Shown: in pieces, positions 61,276 to 64,000 of the stretch
Position numbering within the stretch: position 1 is the first letter of the stretch
Layout: every line of letters starts with the position of its first letter
NCBI GenBank assembly: GCA_963754875.1
Contig: CAVWHO010000003.1
Coordinates: 22,976 to 86,975, forward strand
From: Nitrospirota bacterium
Lineage (GTDB): Bacteria > Nitrospirota > UBA9217
Direction of reading: 5' to 3'
Length of the DNA: 64,000 bases
Made by a program: the position numbers and the translations under genes
Notes under the pieces: generated by a model
What the model saw: the letters and a program-made list of their open reading frames with translations, nothing else
What the model was told of the DNA's origin: nothing
Databases searched by the model: none

Positions 61276-61393
61276 GCTTGTTTTTGGTCCGAGGCAACCG
61301 TGTTGCCGTAAGCGTCAACGCCGACGCGGTCGGCTTGGTCCATAAATCGGTTGGGCCGGAGACCGCGTTTTGATTGAAAGAGAGCGCAAAAAT

Positions 61394-62927
61394 ATGGAAC
61401 ACAATTCCGAAGAAATCGATAAATGCATTTCATTCCTTGATGATCTCGCAAAAGATCCGGAACGCTTTGCGGCCCTTCCGGAAGAACAGAGGATCGCTCT
61501 TTTAAAAGCGGCCGGCCGAGATATCCCGCCCCGACAGGGATGAAGCGATAAAAAGGAATAAAGCCGCAAAAAAGGCCCAGAGCCTGGCGCTCCTTGAAAA
61601 GGACCGGCGCGCCAGAAATACCACCGGCATCCGCAGCGCGCGCATGGACCGCGGCCTTCAAAGCGCCTCCCCGGATAGACTTCGATCCATCGGGCACGGA
61701 GCAGCGCGGGAGAAACGATACACGCGCCGCGCAATTGCTACGTGTGCAAGGAAGAATACACGGACCTGCACTTTTTCTACGACACCATGTGCAAAAAATG
61801 CGGCGACCTGAATTACCAGCAAGCGTTTTCAGACAGCGCCTCTTGACGGGCAGGTCGCTTTGATCACCGGCGCACGCGTAAAGATCGGTTATCAGGCCGC
61901 GCTCCTGATGCTGCGCGCCGGCGCCACGGTCATTGCGACGACCCGGTTTCCCGTTGACGCGGCCATCCGGTATTCCCAGGAAGAGGGATATGCGGCGTGG
62001 GGAGACCGGCTGCACATTCACGGTCTCGATCTCCGGCATATCCCGAGCGTGGAGCTGTTTACCCGCTATCTGGAACAGCGGCACGGACGCCTCGACATCC
62101 TGATCAATAATGCGGCGCAGACCGTACGACGGCCCCCGGGGTTTTATGCTCATCTCATTGAAAACGAAACAAACGGCTTGAGCGCATTGTCCCCTGAGGC
62201 GCACAAGCTTCTTCACGACCATGATACGTGCAAAAAACAGCTGGTTTCCCCCGGCACGACTACGCGCAATCAGGATTCCGCCCTTGCCGCATCATGGCAG
62301 GACCCAGGCCCCGGCATCGGACTTCGCGAGTCCGCGCAGTTATCGCAGATCTCCTATGGCCAGGATGAATCGCCGGTTTCCGAAGAACTGTTCCCGAAAG
62401 GGAAGCTCGACGCCGATCTGCAACAGGTGGACCTGCGCAAGACGAACAGCTGGCGTCTGCGGCTGGGCGAGATACCCGCCCGGGAGATGCTCGAAGTGCA
62501 GCTGGTGAATGCCGTGGCGCCCTTCGTGCTGTGCAACAGGCTGGTATCCCTTATGCGGAAGGACTACACCGGGCAGAAGCATATCGTGAATGTGACCGCC
62601 ATGGAAGGCAAGTTCTTCAGGTTCAAGAAAGACGACCGGCATCCGCATACGAACATGGCGAAAGCGGCCCTGAACATGATGACGCATACCTCGGCCGAGG
62701 ACCTTGCCAGGGACGGCATCTATATGAACGCGGTGGATACCGGCTGGGTCACGGATGAAGACCCGGCGGAGCTTTCCCAGTTCAAGCAGAAGGTCCATGA
62801 TTTCCAGCCGCCCCTCGATATCGTCGACGGGGCCGCCAGGGTCTGCGATCCTTTCTTCGACGGCATCCTGACCGGCAAGCACTGGTGCGGAAAGTTTCTG
62901 AAGGACTATTTCCCGATCGAATGGTAG
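61394..62927 (+). CDS. SDR-family oxidoreductase with N-terminal extension; 5' part broken by several indels (61515-61825)
   Basis: Repaired frames give [11 protein letters not shown]...PRNCYVCK...[12 protein letters not shown]...[39 protein letters not shown]. Confidence 0.8.
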
Positions 62928-63097
62928 CTGTTGACCACTGAGTAGAAGCGAAAAGGGAGGGACTCTATGCCGCCACGGAGGGGTTGGAGAGGTGGTTCGG
63001 ACCTAATGCTCGTGAAGGACTGCAAGCCCCTCTTCTTAAGAAGAGAGCCCGTTTAAGTTAAGAACTATTGGATGCCTTACACTAGCTTCATTCCTGC

Positions 63098-63745
63098 TTA
63101 CATTCCCTTCTCCTGCTGGCTCTTTTCCACGAGCCCAATAATCATCTGCTGTGCTGCTTCAAAACCCGCAACAGCCGCATCGATGCAGAGGTGATAATTC
63201 CTGGCATCGTACCAATCGGTGCCGGTCATGGTTTTGAGGAATTTTTCTCTCTGGTGCTCGGAAGCCGTTATTTCTTCTCGTGCCTGTTCTGTTGAAACAT
63301 CGTGAAACTTCTGAAACCGCTTGATACGAAAATCCATAGGCGCGTGGATAAATACGTTCACTACGTTCGGCCGTCTGCGAAGCATGAAATATCCGCCACG
63401 GCCAACAATGACGGCATTATACCGGTCCGCAATCGCCGTGATAATCTTTGATTCCGCTTCGAAGAGTTCCTGATCATAGACAGGCCGCCGCGAGGGAGGA
63501 ACATAGGACGCTTCGGGTGTGCCGAAGACAAAGCTTTTCATAAGATTTTCAACAAAACCCGCGTGGCGCTCATCGAGTTTGGATAGCTCGGAAATATCAA
63601 CGCCCAGTTCCTTGGCCGCGGCATGCAGAATTTCACGTTCAACGTATTTGTAACCGAGTTTTTTGGCAAGCAGATGGCCGATGTAAGCGCCGCCGCTCGC
63701 CATTTGGCGTGAAATGGTGATCACGATCGTTTGTTGTACTGGCAT
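63098..63745 (-). CDS. Cytidylate kinase-like family protein
   Basis: ITISRQMASGG, AVIVGRGG, FIHAP, NYHLCID. Confidence 0.88.
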   Translation of the reverse strand: MPVQQTIVITISRQMASGGAYIGHLLAKKLGYKYVEREILHAAAKELGVDISELSKLDERHAGFVENLMKSFVFGTPEASYVPPSRRPVYDQELFEAESKIITAIADRYNAVIVGRGGYFMLRRRPNVVNVFIHAPMDFRIKRFQKFHDVSTEQAREEITASEHQREKFLKTMTGTDWYDARNYHLCIDAAVAGFEAAQQMIIGLVEKSQQEKGM

Positions 63746-64000
63746 GATCTTCTCCTGAAAAGAAACAGACCTTGATGGTAAACGTTTTGCACAATGAGGC
63801 AAGAATGAGTGGCTTACAGAAAACCTAAAACTGTAAGGGGAAAGGGGGAATTAAAATGCGAAAGGGGGAAAACAAACCATTCAAAAAGTCTTTTCCCCAT
63901 TTCCCCGTTTTTTTCTCCATTTCTCCAATAAAGGTTTTCGCGGAATTAAGATCAACCAATTCGATCAACTCTATTACGACAATGCCAAACAGTACTTGTG

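Noticed and set aside
1..64000. CRISPR array, rRNA, tRNA or prophage
   Set aside because: I saw no regularly spaced direct repeats, cloverleaf or rRNA signatures, or phage genes by eye.

Overview
This is a gene-dense bacterial chromosome segment. Gene content (fba class II, rplU-rpmA-obgE-proB-proA-nadD-rsfS-rlmH, gpmI, comF, prmA, Geobacter-type NikR operators, a selenocysteine peroxiredoxin) suggests an anaerobic or microaerobic diderm such as Nitrospirota or a deltaproteobacterium; this taxonomy is inference only. I found no rRNA, tRNA, CRISPR array or prophage. There is one tnpA-only IS200/IS605 element. About a dozen genes, including housekeeping ones, are split by single-base indels, most likely assembly errors. 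Highlights: (1) a 7-gene uncharacterised envelope locus at 29.8-37.8 kb (two LPP20-like paralogues, TPR-SLH lipoprotein, secreted transglutaminase-like enzyme, DUF799-like and CsgG/FlgT_C lipoproteins, FecR-domain protein), plus a third LPP20-like gene at 20.5 kb. (2) A UGA-recoded selenoprotein peroxiredoxin with a SECIS hairpin inside a redox island (Rrf2, HPP, CBS, protoglobin-PsiE, rubredoxin). (3) A NikR regulon with three visible operators, a candidate outer-membrane channel and an ECF ATPase fused to a His-rich module. (4) A plant-type threonine synthase plus cystathionine gamma-synthase operon. (5) A fur-feoB-dtxR/feoA unit with twin Fur boxes and a nonsense-inactivated outer-membrane gene.
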